Shown here piece after piece: positions 50,500 to 63,102 of a stretch of DNA of 64,000 nt. The translations under genes and the position numbers were made by a program. The notes beneath the pieces were generated by a model. It worked only from the letters and a program-made list of their open reading frames with translations. It had not been told where the DNA came from and ran no database searches. The stretch spans positions 19,468,001 to 19,532,000 of the forward strand of contig OZ249450.1 in NCBI GenBank assembly GCA_965235115.1, in the 5' to 3' direction. The DNA comes from Laetmonice hystrix. Its lineage: Eukaryota. The stretch's first letter is position 1; every line of letters starts with the position of its first letter.

Positions 50500-51821
50500 A
50501 TATGATTAAGGATCATATCTCCATGATCGACGGTGACGGGCGTCAGGGGATGTTTCAGAGGTTAACTTGTCTTGGATAGAGTGGGCCTGCAATGTTCTCT
50601 TCCCAAACCGACACTATTTACAAGTTAGATCTTACTCAAAGATCTAACCAGATTAAAACAATAACAAGTAACGAATCTACGGGATTAGTCCAGGTTTTTC
50701 TCCAGATAACAATATGACAAAATCCATAAATACATCAACTGGGTAGTCATGGAGGAGTCAACTCGATTTCAATTGTTATTATAACTTACATTTTATTTCT
50801 TAAATTACTACACTTGAGACTAACACAGAAATAGGCACTGATATCGGAATCCAAGTTCTCATATCGGTACATTCCACAATATAGCCACCCACATACACGT
50901 ACCCACCCACCCCCGCATACACACACACTCACCTACACACACACCCATACACAGACGATTTTATCGGCACTATAAACTACAGTACAGGACCAATCCATGA
51001 TGAGGGACGGTCTGAGCCTCAACATCTACAATCTCTCCCATCAACGACGAATAAATATACCTGGCCACAGTCAGTGCACCAAGGCAGACTCTACACAAAT
51101 AGTAATGTCTCTCAAAACTTCAACTGCGAGGCTGAGTCTTTTGAGTAATGGCAAGATGATTGCAGCGTTCTTGTCAGCCTTTTTCTGCGTATAGCGACCT
51201 GCTGTGCTCTGAACCAGGGTTATCACATGAGGCTAATAGGTTGTAACGACGTATGAGAATTTACTGGTGTTAATTCAGCAAAACCCGCCAGGATTTCCTG
51301 GAAGTATTCACTGATAACGATTCACTTAGCAAATCTTACTCCAAAGTCATTTTCATTTATATTGTCGCGGCACTTTCCCTGTCCTGATTGGTCAGATCCC
51401 TATCACGTAATATTGACCAGTCACTATGACTTTTTACCTTTCCCACGTAGGGGAATCCGTACGACGTCGTTTTCATATTTCTTTTTTATGTTTCTAGTGT
51501 ATTTTCTAAGCAAAGGCATTTAATGACATATATTATAAGGCGTTTAGTTTCTAGAGATTCCAGGAACGGTGAGCAATGACGAATATAAAATATGGACCAA
51601 TTAGGACAGGAAAAGTGCGGCAGTCATAAAATACAAGGAAATATGACACTTAGTATCGTGCAGTTTGAAACATTATGGCACTCTGCATGGAAACTATCAT
51701 GATATCCTTAGGGCTGAAGGTTTGATAAATCACTGAATCACCAAAATGATGTTTTATGAAATAAAATATCGCCTACACATGTGAACAGATGAATACCCAT
51801 GTTGTGGTAGGCGACGTCGCC

Positions 51822-54800
51822 TCACGCCGGGTCCGTATTATTGGGAGTCGGCGACTCGACGTATGCGACGGCCATCGACTGCTGACCCATGGTCTCGTAT
51901 GGTACCTATACAGGGAGGACATTGTTATATGACTGCTGGCCCATGGTCTCGTATGGTACCTATACAGTGAGGACATTGTTATATGACTGCTGACCCATGG
52001 TCTCGTACGGTACCTATACAGGAAGGACATTGTTATATGACTGCTGGCCCATGGTCTCGTATGGTACCTATACAGGAAGGACATTGTTATATGACTGCTG
52101 ACCCATGGTCTCGTATGGTACCTATACAGTGAGGACATTGTTATGACTGCTGACCCATGGTCTCGTATGGTACCTATACAGTGAGGACATTGTTATGACT
52201 GCTGACCCATGGTCTCGCATGGTACCTATACAGTGAGGACATTGTTATGACTGCTGGCCCATGGTCTCGTATGGTACCTATACAGGAAGGACAATTAGCC
52301 AGTCAGAGGTGCACTTTGTATTTCTATTAAAAAGATAACAAATTAGGTATTGAAGAAAATGATTAAATGATTAAATAGTCATCGAGACTTTCCATGGTGG
52401 GAAACGAACCGACCGTACCATTTCCATATTTAAACTGAATATTACAACAATGTGACTCCCATCAATTCCGTTTTCCATTAACCTGAATTGACCTAATTTT
52501 GTAATGACCTTCAAGGATGACAAACAAGTAATTATTTGTAGAAACGTACCGATCGTCGCGCGCATGTCGCCTTGATCGTGACCACACTGGACACGATGGC
52601 GACGATTGTGGCGGTGAGTCCACACAATGCCAAGAGAACATCCAGCGACATCTTGGCCTCTCGCTGAAACCACACAGTCGGACGTTAGACACACTGGACA
52701 TTCTCACGGGAGGTGGTGGTGGGAAATTATACCTATTAACTACTTCATATAATAATACAGTCTAAACCTTCAAAACGCGGGGGAAAATGACAGCTTCAAA
52801 TTCCTCCCACCTCACCCCCACCCCCACTCCACCCCACCCCCACCCCCACCCCAAAAAAAGGGTGAGCATGAGCTCATTCTCATTGTTTTCACGTTTTTTT
52901 TGGGGGGGGGGGGTTGCTTTTTTCCATAAGGCGTGCTCATGGTGAGCAAGCTCGCGGAAAAACACCCCAAAAAACGAAAACAGTAAGCAAAACGGTGAGC
53001 ATGAGCTTCTTCACCCTTGCTCAGCTCAGCTCACCCTTGCTCACGGTGGAAAAATAAACAAAAAAACCGGCCCCAGAACACCTAAATAGAGCCTATACAT
53101 GTATACACGAATTCAGCGGACCAGAGGGTAGGTCAGTGATACTGACCAGTGGGTATGGTGTTGTGGGTCCCCCTGAGGAGTCCGTCATGGGGGCCATAGA
53201 CTCGAGCCACGTTCCAATGATACCGATGGCGAGCTGGGTCAGTCCGAATACCACGGACAGCAGACTGAACGCACTCCAGCTGATCAGCTACAACAAGTTA
53301 CATCAGAAAGATCTTTTTATCTGTGTCCTTTGGGATGTGGGTGTTTCGTGTGCCTTCTCCAAAATCTGTGCCTTCTCCAAAAAACAATATCAGTAACATC
53401 TCCCAATAATGTTCCCACGTTCCGTAACAATTTGTTTACAGTTGTCGTGTATAGCGCGCAATATTACTATGTTATTGTGTCATTTAGGAGTACAGCAACA
53501 ATCTGGCTTTAAACCACTTAACTTCACCCGCACTCTCTCATCGCCCATTCCTACCCCTGCACCTGCTCCGCCGCGACCTCTGGCGGTCAGCAGGAGTGTT
53601 GTATACTCACTGAACAGCTGCCCGAGTTGCGGCCCGCTAAGATTCCAAACGTCCCCGTCACTATAAACTGGAACAGATAGAACAACCCGCAGGTAACCAG
53701 GTGGTCTGTTACCTCAACAAGAAATAAAAACTAAACCGGTGCCTATTACTATACGGCGCGTCAGAAATTCCGGCCCACTGCAACTGTACTACCACTGCAG
53801 CCGTACTTTTTTCTCTAGTTGCAAGTGTTTTGAACGTCGTGTACAATATTCCTGTGACTAGAGAAACCATACAGTTCCCGATAGGACTTCAATTTAACAC
53901 TCTAATTCGCCAAAATGACTGTCCTGTATGATATTACAGTAGTGCTGTCCTGTATGATATTACAGTAGTGCTGTCCTGTATATATCGCTATTACAGTAGT
54001 GCTGTCTTGTATGCTATTACAGTAGTGCTGTCCTGTATATATCGCTATTACAGTAGTGCTATCCTGTATGCTATTACAGTAGTGCTGTCCTGTATATATC
54101 GCTATTACAGTAGTGCTGTCCTGTATGCTATTACAGTAGTGCTGTCCTGTATGCTATTACAGTAGTGCTGTCCTGTATGCTATTACAGTAGTGCTGTCCT
54201 GTATGCTATTACAGTAGTGCTGTCCTGTGTGATATTACAGCAGTGCTGTCCTGTATATATCGCTATTACAGTAGTGCTGTCTTGTATGCTATTACAGTAG
54301 TGCTGTCCTGTATGCTATTACAGTAGTGCTGTCCTGTGTGATATTACAGCAGTGCTGTCCTGTATATATCGCTATTACAGTAGTGCTGTCTTGTATGCTA
54401 TTACAGTAGTGCTATCATGTATGCTATTACAGTAGTGCTATCCTGTATGCTATTACAGTAGTGCTGTCCTGTATGCTATTACAGTAGTGCTGTCCTGTAT
54501 GCTATTACAGTAGTGCTGTCCTGTATGCTATTACAGTAGTGCTGTCCTGTAGATCTATGCTATTACAGTAGTGCTGACCGGTATGCTATCACAGTAGTTT
54601 TTAGAGCGGGTCAGACTTAAAGGTCTTTGTTTCATAGCTATAATCCTGAATGTAGCTCTATCCCATCTCTTTGACGAGAACTCTTGTTTAGGCCTATATA
54701 TGTAGGCCTATAACCCAGCACATAGATGAAGACCATAATAAAGCCAGACAGGTTATGTGAGAGTATATCAGATGGTATATTTAGTGGTATGCAATTTGCC

Positions 54801-56257
54801 AGCTGGCCTCCCCCGATCTGCCAAGGTCAGCAATGTGACCTGAATCAGACCCCCTCCCCCACACCCTGGCCCATGTTTATACGTACCAAGCTGCCTCCAT
54901 CCGTTCACACAAACCATTAGTACAAGAAAATGTTAACATACATAGGTATTACTGATATGTTCTGTATATTATAAAGGCAGTGGATCAAACTATCTAACGA
55001 TACTATATGTGGTCCTGTGTATTATAGAGGTTGTGTTTGATAATTCACCAATGATAACGTATGTCCCTGTATAATATTACAGGGCAGAACCCTGGGGGAG
55101 AAAGTTACGCGGGTTTAGCCCCCCCCCCCCAATATTTTTAATAGTGCCTAATAATTAGCCTATATAAAAATGAAGAAAATATGAAACTCAGATTCTGTAT
55201 GTCTAGCCCCCTCAATAATTCAATGGAAATTACGGGCCAGTATAACGTGTGTGTACTAACCACGGCGCCACACCAGAATCCGGCACATGCCACAGACGTC
55301 AGCTCATGGATACCCACATTGGCCGCCTGCCACACTATCGTCAGACATCCCACGGCCACCTGATGATAGAACAACAACAACTACATGACAAAATATAGGG
55401 TCCCTGCACCACACAACAACAACAACATGACAGCTAGGGTCACTGCACCACACAACAACAACAACATGACAGCTAGGGTCACTGCACCACACAACAACAA
55501 CAACAACATGACAGCTAGGGTCCCTGCACCACACAACAACAACATGACAGCTAGGGTCACTGCACCACACAGTAACAGCAACAACATGACAGCTAGGGTT
55601 ACTGCACCACACAGCAACAACATGACAGCTAGGGTCAATAAAACACACAACAACATGGCAGCTAGGGTCACTGCACCACACAGCAACAACAACATGACAG
55701 CTAGGGTCAATAAAACACACAACAACATGGCAGCTAGGGTCACTGCACCACACAGCAACAACAACATGACAGCTAGGGTCAATAAAACACAACACTCAGG
55801 GCGGATTCAGGATTTCGGAAGGGTGGAGGCACGGGATCTGAGTGGTGAACAAGCATGCAGCGTTATCACCGCAGGTGGGCGGACTCTTTCTTCAGGGCTA
55901 TTTTTTCAATGAAAAGAGGGGGTGCGCGCCCCCAGCCCCTTGGATCCGCCCCTGACACTGACACTCAGCCTTCCACACAACAACAACAACAACAACAGTT
56001 AGGGCCACCACACCACACAACACTATAGCGTTCACTTTCCATATAGCACAGCTGGTGGAAGTGGGGGCCAAGGTCAAATGTACACTTTTCCTTTCTTCTA
56101 GATTACAGAATCAATTCTTGCATACAATGACCAAATAACAAAGAGGTAGGTCTACTTTTGAATAAAAGAGTATAAAGATTGTCTACAAGAGTAGTCTGCT
56201 TACCATAATTCCTCCCAGGATGTAAGGCCGGCGGTCTCCTGGCCCAAGAATCGCCAT
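51822..56257 (-). CDS. MS4A/CD20-like four-TM protein, 182 aa; coding exons 56257-56204, 55359-55261, 53667-53611, 53287-53147, 52663-52550, 51905-51822
   Basis: All phase-0 GT-AG junctions give MAILGPGDRRPYILGGIM|VAVGCLTIVWQAANVGIHELTSVACAGFWCGAV|FIVTGTFGILAGRNSGSCS|LISWSAFSLLSVVFGLTQLAIGIIGTWLESMAPMTDSSGGPTTPYPL|REAKMSLDVLLALCGLTATIVAIVSSVVTIKATCARRS|VPYETMGQQSMAVAYVESPTPNNTDPA*. The G.W.G..FI.TG..G signature and roughly one TM per exon are typical of CD20/MS4A. Non-coding upstream exon candidate at about 58123-58190. Confidence 0.85.
51882..52292. repeat. Minisatellite, 54/52-bp unit, 8 copies, derived from a 3' splice site plus exon start
   Basis: Minus-strand unit CAGTCAT(AT)AACAATGTCCT(C/T)(A/C)CTGTATAG|GTACCATACGAGACCATGGG(T/C)CAG. 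Confidence 0.96.
53925..54590. repeat. Minisatellite, 26-bp unit (31-bp variants), about 24 copies, in an MS4A-like intron
   Basis: CTGTATGCTATTACAGTAGTGCTGTC. Confidence 0.95.
55368..55795. repeat. Compound (AAC)n-containing minisatellite, about 33-39-bp unit, about 11 copies
   Basis: (AAC)nATGACAGCTAGGGTCACTGCACCACAC; it abuts the acceptor of MS4A-like exon 2, and a remnant continues at about 55975-56020. Confidence 0.92.
55797..55954. mobile_element. MITE with CAGGG(G)CGGAT termini, inserted in the AAC minisatellite
   Basis: CAGGGCGGATTC ... GGATCCGCCCCTG, flanked by the direct repeat ACACT on both sides. Confidence 0.7.
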
Positions 56258-56642
56258 CGCTTTCGCTATCAGCTCTCCTGGAACATTAATTTATTACTAG
56301 ACTGGCTGAGGCCTTTTAACACAGCCAGTGCATTAACCCACTCGGCCAGCGAGCTGAACCGAACTACAATATAACTCTCACCAGTGCTGCGTCCGGGCCA
56401 GGTTTGTTAATAAAGTATCCTATGGGTACAGGGAGGAGTGTAGCCCTTGAACTGTACCCGATGGAATTATGGACGGAAGTTTTCCGATACGGCCTCGTGA
56501 TAAGCAGCTGGTGGAGTACTAGGATATTACCATATTTGACACGGTAAGGAGGAGCCATTATATTGAGGCTGATGGTGTGTACAGAGGAAGACGGCCTTTG
56601 TTGACAGTGCCCCCTGCGGGGGACATCCAGTACTTCCTTATC

Positions 56643-57195
56643 AATAGATTACCACCCCTCCTGGTTATGACAACACTCGAGGCCAGAACCAATATCTTAC
56701 AGACTGTTCCTACTGCTGCCTCAGTGGGATAGTCTCATGATAAAAGATTCTCTAGATCCACCGACCCATAGATTACCACCCCTCCTGGTTATGACGACAC
56801 TCGATGGCAGAACCAATATCTTACAGACTGTTCCTACTGCTGTCTCAGTGGGACAGTCTCATGATAAAAGATTCTCTAGATCTACAGACCCATAGATTAC
56901 CACCCCTCCTGGTTATGACAACACTCGAGGCCAGAACCAATATCTTACAGACTGCTGCCTCAGTGGGACAGTCTCATGATAAAAGATTCTCTAGATCTAC
57001 AGACCCATAGATTACCACCCCTCCTGGTTATGACAACACTCGAGCCAGAACCAATATCTTACAGACTGTTCCTACTGCTGCCTCAGTGGGATAGTCTCAT
57101 GATAAAAGATTCTCTAGATCTACAGACCCATAGATTACCACCCCTCCTGGTTATGACAACACTCGAGGCCAGAACCAATTCCCTACAGACTGCTG
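56643..57195. repeat. Tandem repeat, about 115-125-bp unit, about 4.5 copies
   Basis: TAGATTACCACCCCTCCTGGTTATGACAACACTCGAGGCCAGAACCAATATCTTACAGACTG...GATAAAAGATTCTCTAGATCTACAGACCCA. Confidence 0.92.
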
Positions 57196-57810
57196 CTATA
57201 CCTCAGTGTAAAACCACTCAATGCGGATCTGTTTACTACTTCTTAAAACGGAACTTTTATAACACGGATTATATGGCCACCATCGATACATCCTGGTCAT
57301 CGAACACGTAGAATCGAAGAGTAGAGTCAACTTTATCGTTACACTTTGAAGCGTCAGCCTTCCCAACCCCGGTTCACCCAAACGTCACTAACAAGCAAGG
57401 CGAACGACAGCCAGTTTTCACGTGAACCGTGAACATTGAAATACAGCACAGTTTTAAGGACGCATGTATATATTATATTTTACGACTGTCATGCAAAAGG
57501 CATTTCTATGGAATCGCTGAAATCTACAGCAAAACCTTGGTTTTAAACCTCTCTCAACTTGATGAGAGAATGTACACATTTCTCTCCTAAATCTGACTTT
57601 TAAACCCTCTACTCGTGGTTCCCACATCTCTCAAGTGTAGAGAAATGCCATCGATCGATTTTGTTTTTCTGGAGGGGGCTGTAGTATATGGAATGGAGGG
57701 GTGGGGTATCCCCCGGAGCACCCCTTGGGTACAGGACGGTCTGAACTCGGCCATGTGACCCAGATATATGGTGTTCCACAATCACCGACCACCAAGTTAC
57801 ATACGGGGTA

Positions 57811-57841
<31 letters not shown>

Positions 57842-58740
57842 AACTATCGACCTACCACCCCTCCTGATCACTTTGTTTTATATTTATCTCAGATATAACT
57901 TGTCGCCCTTAGTTACGACTTCGCCGTACATTACCTGTCGCCCTTAGTTACGACCTCGCCGTACATTACCTGTCTGCATGATACCTTATTCACATGACAA
58001 GGCTTCCAAACATTATCACAGTCATATAAATATGGTGATGATGTGCACCCTCTATAGGGCTAAGGCCTAGCACAAGGACGGGTTCCTACCGACCCTTCTC
58101 CCGTTCGGGTATCTATAACTTACCCTGTGGAAAAGTCCCTGTGATATCGGTTGTCAATCAAAGTGGTACACTGCTAGCACGTTGATGTAGCACTGAGAGG
58201 GTGAACGAGTTCAGACCAATAATATAGTGTGTGTGTGTGATGTGTGCTCGGTGTCTGGGGCTGTACGGGGCCGGGTAAGTAGAACAGTCAGTGTCCGCGA
58301 CAGCGGGGCAGCTCATCAGCTCCCGGACATAGTTCTCACCGTCACCGCTAGGTGAGGTCGGAAGTAACTCGGCACGTCCCGGATGTTGAGTCATTGGGAA
58401 TACGTTATATTAGGGATGGCTCCAAAAAGGAGCGTCAGTTTCTAAGTTTGATCTCTCATGAAATATCCGTTTCCAAGAATTTCTTTGATAACTTCTCCCT
58501 CCCCCTGAAAAAAAGTTCCCTGATCTATAAAGACGAAGATAGCCTATAATTCTTATAATTAAAGCCATCAAACATTACCCTATCCGCAGAGGAAACGGCG
58601 ATTTCCATTTTCGTTGACTTTTGAAATTATCTCTAATATCTCCATCTTGCATTAAAATTTTTTTACAATGTTCCCTCATAGTTAGCCTACGAATGTTCTA
58701 TTTGGCAGATCTGCTGGCACGCAAAAATAGTTCCACACAA

Positions 58741-58881
58741 ACCGGTAGGTGGCAGTACTTAGTTTTAGTTTATTTAAAACGAGAAACCTAGACGGCAGCA
58801 AAGAGAGTACACAAATTCGGTTCCGCCTCCCGTCATCCGCTAACTAAGAGTAATTTAACCTAGAATCACCAGGTGGCGCTA
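58741..58881 (+). promoter_or_regulatory. Cluster of CTCF-like motifs
   Basis: CCGGTAGGTGGCAGT, CCTAGACGGCAGCA and the consensus CACCAGGTGGCGCTA (58867-58881). Confidence 0.45.
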
Positions 58882-58986
58882 CGTGTTAGTGATTGGTGTT
58901 AGTTTCTTGCCGTGTCGGCAAGGACGGGCCATTGACGTGCAGGGCACTGGCGGATCGATGATTTCATTATAGGGGGCACAGGAAAA

Positions 58987-59129
58987 CTACGGTGGCTTCT
59001 ATATGCCATGATTTATGCCATAAAAACAATATTCTTTGCGCGAAAACAAATATTGTTTACGTGTATTTTACTGCGCGCAAACAAAAGCCTCTGACGACTT
59101 TAAATCATGGCATAGAGAAGCCACCGTAG
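58987..59129. mobile_element. MITE with a 29-bp inverted repeat; TA-flanked, Tc1/mariner-like
   Basis: CTACGGTGGCTTCTATATGCCATGATTTA ... TAAATCATGGCATAGAGAAGCCACCGTAG (1 mismatch). Confidence 0.75.
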
Positions 59130-60157
59130 AAAACAATTCGATTGTTTGCATTTACTAAAGCTCTTTTCTTGTATGAGGGACTTCTGTTAGCGTGATGTGT
59201 TAGGAATTAGGTAAGCTAAAGGAGGGCACGTTCCCCCTCTGCAAACCGTAGATTGTTTGATGGCTGTCGTCAGTATAGGCTTATACTTGGTCTCTCTAAT
59301 AGTAACACAACATAAAAAACAAAAACGGCGATGGAATGTAATAAAAGAAGAAAATCTTTATTAAACGATAAATTACACATAAAACAATTTATACCGGTTG
59401 TTTGTGAATGTGATGTACAATGTAGGCTATACATAATCAGCATATCAGCCCTGATTTTCAAATTAAACAGCTTGCTTTTAGTTTTAGCTTCAAGGGGCAT
59501 GTTATAACCCAAACCACAAAAGTGACTTTTCCAAAAAGTACAGTAAAAACTATTCTCTCTCGTTTATACGTTATACAAGCCTACATCGTCTCCAAGTTAT
59601 TTCTTACTTCCCCGGCACCTTAACGTAGGCATATAACACTACCGCATAAGCAGTAATTTCCACGATTCAGACAATTTTTCACCGCTCCTTGTCTCAAAGG
59701 GCCTGCCCACTAAAGGCACGAGGCGTGTGTTTAGTGACGTGATACATAGACTGAACGCCGCGCGCATGCGTGTCTGGTTTGACGTAAGTATACCCAACCA
59801 GATAACAGTGTCACAACCTTCCGTCCAGAAATAATGTGTGCGTGTGTGTATATGGGGGGGATGTTACTTTACGAAAATATCATTTTCCACAAACTATTTG
59901 CACAACAAACAGATTGGAAATCTTAAAATGGATGACATTCAATCAAACTTGACATGAATTTGGGGGAATTTTGTCCCCTGCTTTTTTATATTTACGCTTG
60001 GTGCCACACCAAACAGATTGGAAATCTTAAAATGGATGACATTCAATCAAAATTGACATAAATTTGGGGGACTTTTTTCCCCTTACTTTGTTTTATACAT
60101 TGTTTGTATTTACGCTTGGTGCCCTACCACCACCACCCTCCAACTTTGTTTTCTTCA

Positions 60158-63095
60158 TCACCAGTCGATCGTGTCATACGTTGGTGTCTGCACCGTGTGA
60201 TTGGGTTCCCACAGCACACGCTTAAGGCGTTTAGAAATAATTTGTTTGAGATACCGAGCTCTGTCGTTCTCAAAACTGACTGAAATATTGGTGTAAAGTG
60301 GCAACATCTTCTTACTCTTTAACGTATAGACCAAGTTATTCAATCCGTCTATACGATTACGGCCGCCGGCATAATTCAGCATATGCAACCTGAAAAACAG
60401 GAAAACATTAACAGGGTTCAAAATATCCTTGCAAAATTATAATACGTGCACACATGAATAATTACACTTTTTATGGTTCCAGTATCCAACAAGGCCACTT
60501 TTTGCTTTAAAATCGTATAGAAGTAGGGTGGTTCTAAAAATGTTAACATTTATAATTTGCTTCCAAAAATGGGAACAACAACATAGAGAAGATTCCAGAC
60601 ATATGTTGGCAACAAGTGGAGATTAGGTTACTTTTTGAAACTATAAAAAACACGTCCCCTTGTTGGAAAATAATATTGATGTGTTGTCAATTCCTGTGTA
60701 TCACGTGGCAGCAAATCTTCCAATGAGAGCAGAGGTACGGTTGCTATTGGAGAAACAGGACATGCGCCGTGAGGTGAAGTATGACGGTGCATCGCCCTTG
60801 GTAACTTCAACCCCACGGAATTTGGTCGGAAGTAAATTCATGTCACTATCCATACCCCTGACCTTACCCCCAACCCCTACCTCCGGTCCTTAGACCTCTG
60901 AAAAACACATCCCTATATCTCTGACCTTACCCCCAACCCCTACCTCCGGTCCTTAGACCTCCGAAAAACACATCCCTATCTCTGACCTTACCCCCAACCC
61001 CTACCTCCGGTCCTTAGACCTCTGAAAAACACATCCCTATCTCTGACCTTACCCCCAACCCCTACCTCCGGTCCTTAGACCTCCGAAAAACACATCCCTA
61101 TCTCTGACCTTACCCCCAACCCCTACCTCCGGTCCTTAGACCTCCGAAAAACACATCCCTATCTCTGACCTTACCCCCAACCCCTACCTCCGGTCCTTGA
61201 CCTCCGAAAAACACATCCCTATCTCTGACCTTACCCCCAACCCCTACCTCCGGTCCTTAGACCTCCGAAAAACACATCCCTATCTCTGACCTTACCCCCA
61301 ACCCCTACCTCCGGTCCTTAGACCTCCGAAAAACACATCCCTATCTCTGACCTTACCCCCAACCCCTACCTCCGGTCCTTAGACCTCCGAAAAACACATC
61401 CCTATCTCTCACCTTACCCCTAACCCCTACCTCCGGTCCTTAGACCTCCGAAAAACACATCCCTATCTCTGACCTTACCCCCAACCCCTACCTCCGGTCC
61501 TTAAGACCTCCGAAAAACACATCCCTATCTATGACCTTACCCGCAACCCCCACCTCCGGTCCTTAGACCTCCGAAAAACATATCCCTATCCCTATCTCTG
61601 ACCTTAACCCCAACCCCTACCCAAACATTTTGTGGGGAAATTGCCATGGGGGAACAACCAGTAGGGGTAGAGAAGAACGGTCCTGTAACCAGGGAATACG
61701 ATGGAGTAGATAATTGTACTAACCCATTGGGATTATCTGGTGTGTCCTTTTTGTGTGCGACCATTGTGTAGCGGGCCACGGTAGGGGGATACCTTATCCT
61801 CTTCATTTTGGCCGCCGTTATCCTGAAAGTGCACTAATATCTAAATCCGAGGGCTTCTCTTCGAATTGCTGGTTCTGCTACCTTTCCAATTACCGATGTA
61901 ATATAATGTTTCAATATTACTTTCTAGAGCGTAAGGTTTATAAAAGGCCATTTATAAAGGACAAATTTCAGACAACAGTTAGGCCAACAGTACAGTCTTA
62001 ATCGTAAAGCCACCTAGTTATCATGACGTTTTGACGGCTGACGTCATCACTCACCTGAACGCCATGTCGTCATCTTCCCCTCCCCAGCCGAAGAAGGCGT
62101 TGGAATATCCGTTAACCTTCTCGAACTGCTTGGCCGTCATGGCTGCCACGCCGCCGAACTGACCCTCGTAATATAACCTTTAACAAAAACCGTCAAAACA
62201 CTTAAAGGAGGACTAGACCGAAGAATACCTAACAGAACCTTTAAAATATTGGTTTGGAATTCGACGGTGTTTATATTAATTTTAAATTATGAAACAATTA
62301 ACGGTTTATTTTCTATTACAAAGCTCAAGTCTAAAAGGTATCATTAAACATTTGATGATGACCTTGAAGGTGTGAACTTAGGCGGTTATTCCCCCATGAT
62401 AACTTCCCCACAACATTTTTGGGCAGGGTTAGGGATAGGGATAGGGATATGATAGGCAATGTTTTGGAAGGTGTAGGGACCTGGATTAGGGATAAGGTCA
62501 GGGATATTTCGTAGGTTTTAAGTTATCATGGACGATGTACCCCATAGAGAGCTCTCTTACTTGTAACCAAACGTATCTATGGCGACGGACATATGACGTG
62601 GTTGCCGGGGGCAACTGTAAATGTTTCTGGTGTTCTCTGGAATGAGGTCGACATCGTGGAAAACGAAACATTGCCAGTCGTAATCCTTCATCGACTCCTT
62701 GTAGCCGATGTTGAAGAGCTTGGCCCGGTTGAAGAGAGTGCCGTTGGCCTGAAGTGATGCATGCATTACTTCTAAAATGTCTTATTACAACCTTGGCATA
62801 CCATTACAAGTGTACTTAGGGGCTTATAACCAAACTGCTTTTTAATAGCTATGTTCATTCACCTGTTCTATGATATAGATCCCATAGTCGATGAACTGGG
62901 TTTGCAGAAATCGGTGAATATTTTGTAGAAAGATCCGTAGCTGCGAGTCCCTGTTCCGATATGGTACCAGAATGGCCACACGGTGACGCGATGTGCAGTT
63001 TGAAGGCCTCCACCTTCCACCATTAAATACATTTTTGTTTTTTTGCTCGATTTTCTTCACCGAACTTGGCGGCTGGAGTTTGAGATCAAAAAGTC
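60158..63095 (-). CDS. B4GALT: Glycosyltransferase family 7 (beta-1,4-galactosyltransferase / beta-1,4-GalNAc-transferase-like), 5'-partial; exons 63095-62863, 62748-62561, 62177-62055, 61822-61724, 60389-60158
   Basis: Motifs [71 protein letters not shown] and DGLNNL appear in the correct order with in-phase GT-AG introns. The N-terminal TM/stem exon(s) were not confidently located. Confidence 0.93.
60786..61659. mobile_element. Diverged copy of the same element, with its core expanded into a 61-bp satellite
   Basis: Left end GGTGCATCGCCCTTGGTAACTTCAACCCCACGGAATTTGGTCGGAAGTAAA and right end CCAAACATTTTGTGGGGAAATTGCCATGGGGGAACAACC match the short copies. Confidence 0.75.
60860..61600. repeat. 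Minisatellite, 61-bp unit, about 12 copies, inside a non-autonomous element in GT7 intron 4
   Basis: ACCTTACCCCCAACCCCTACCTCCGGTCCTTAGACCTCCGAAAAACACATCCCTATCTCTG. Confidence 0.96.
62384..62541. mobile_element. Third copy of the CCCATGATAACTT-ended element, in a GT7 intron
   Basis: GGTTATTCCCCCATGATAACTT ... AAGTTATCATGGACGATGTACC with a GGGTTAGGGATAGGG core. Confidence 0.8.
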
Positions 63096-63102
63096 CTGAA
63101 AA

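Noticed and set aside
52371-52694. Cys/His-rich ORF (MCLTSDCVVSARGQDVAGCSLG...) resembling a PLAC8-like protein
   Set aside because: It is the wrong frame; the phase-consistent frame encodes TM4 of the MS4A-like protein.
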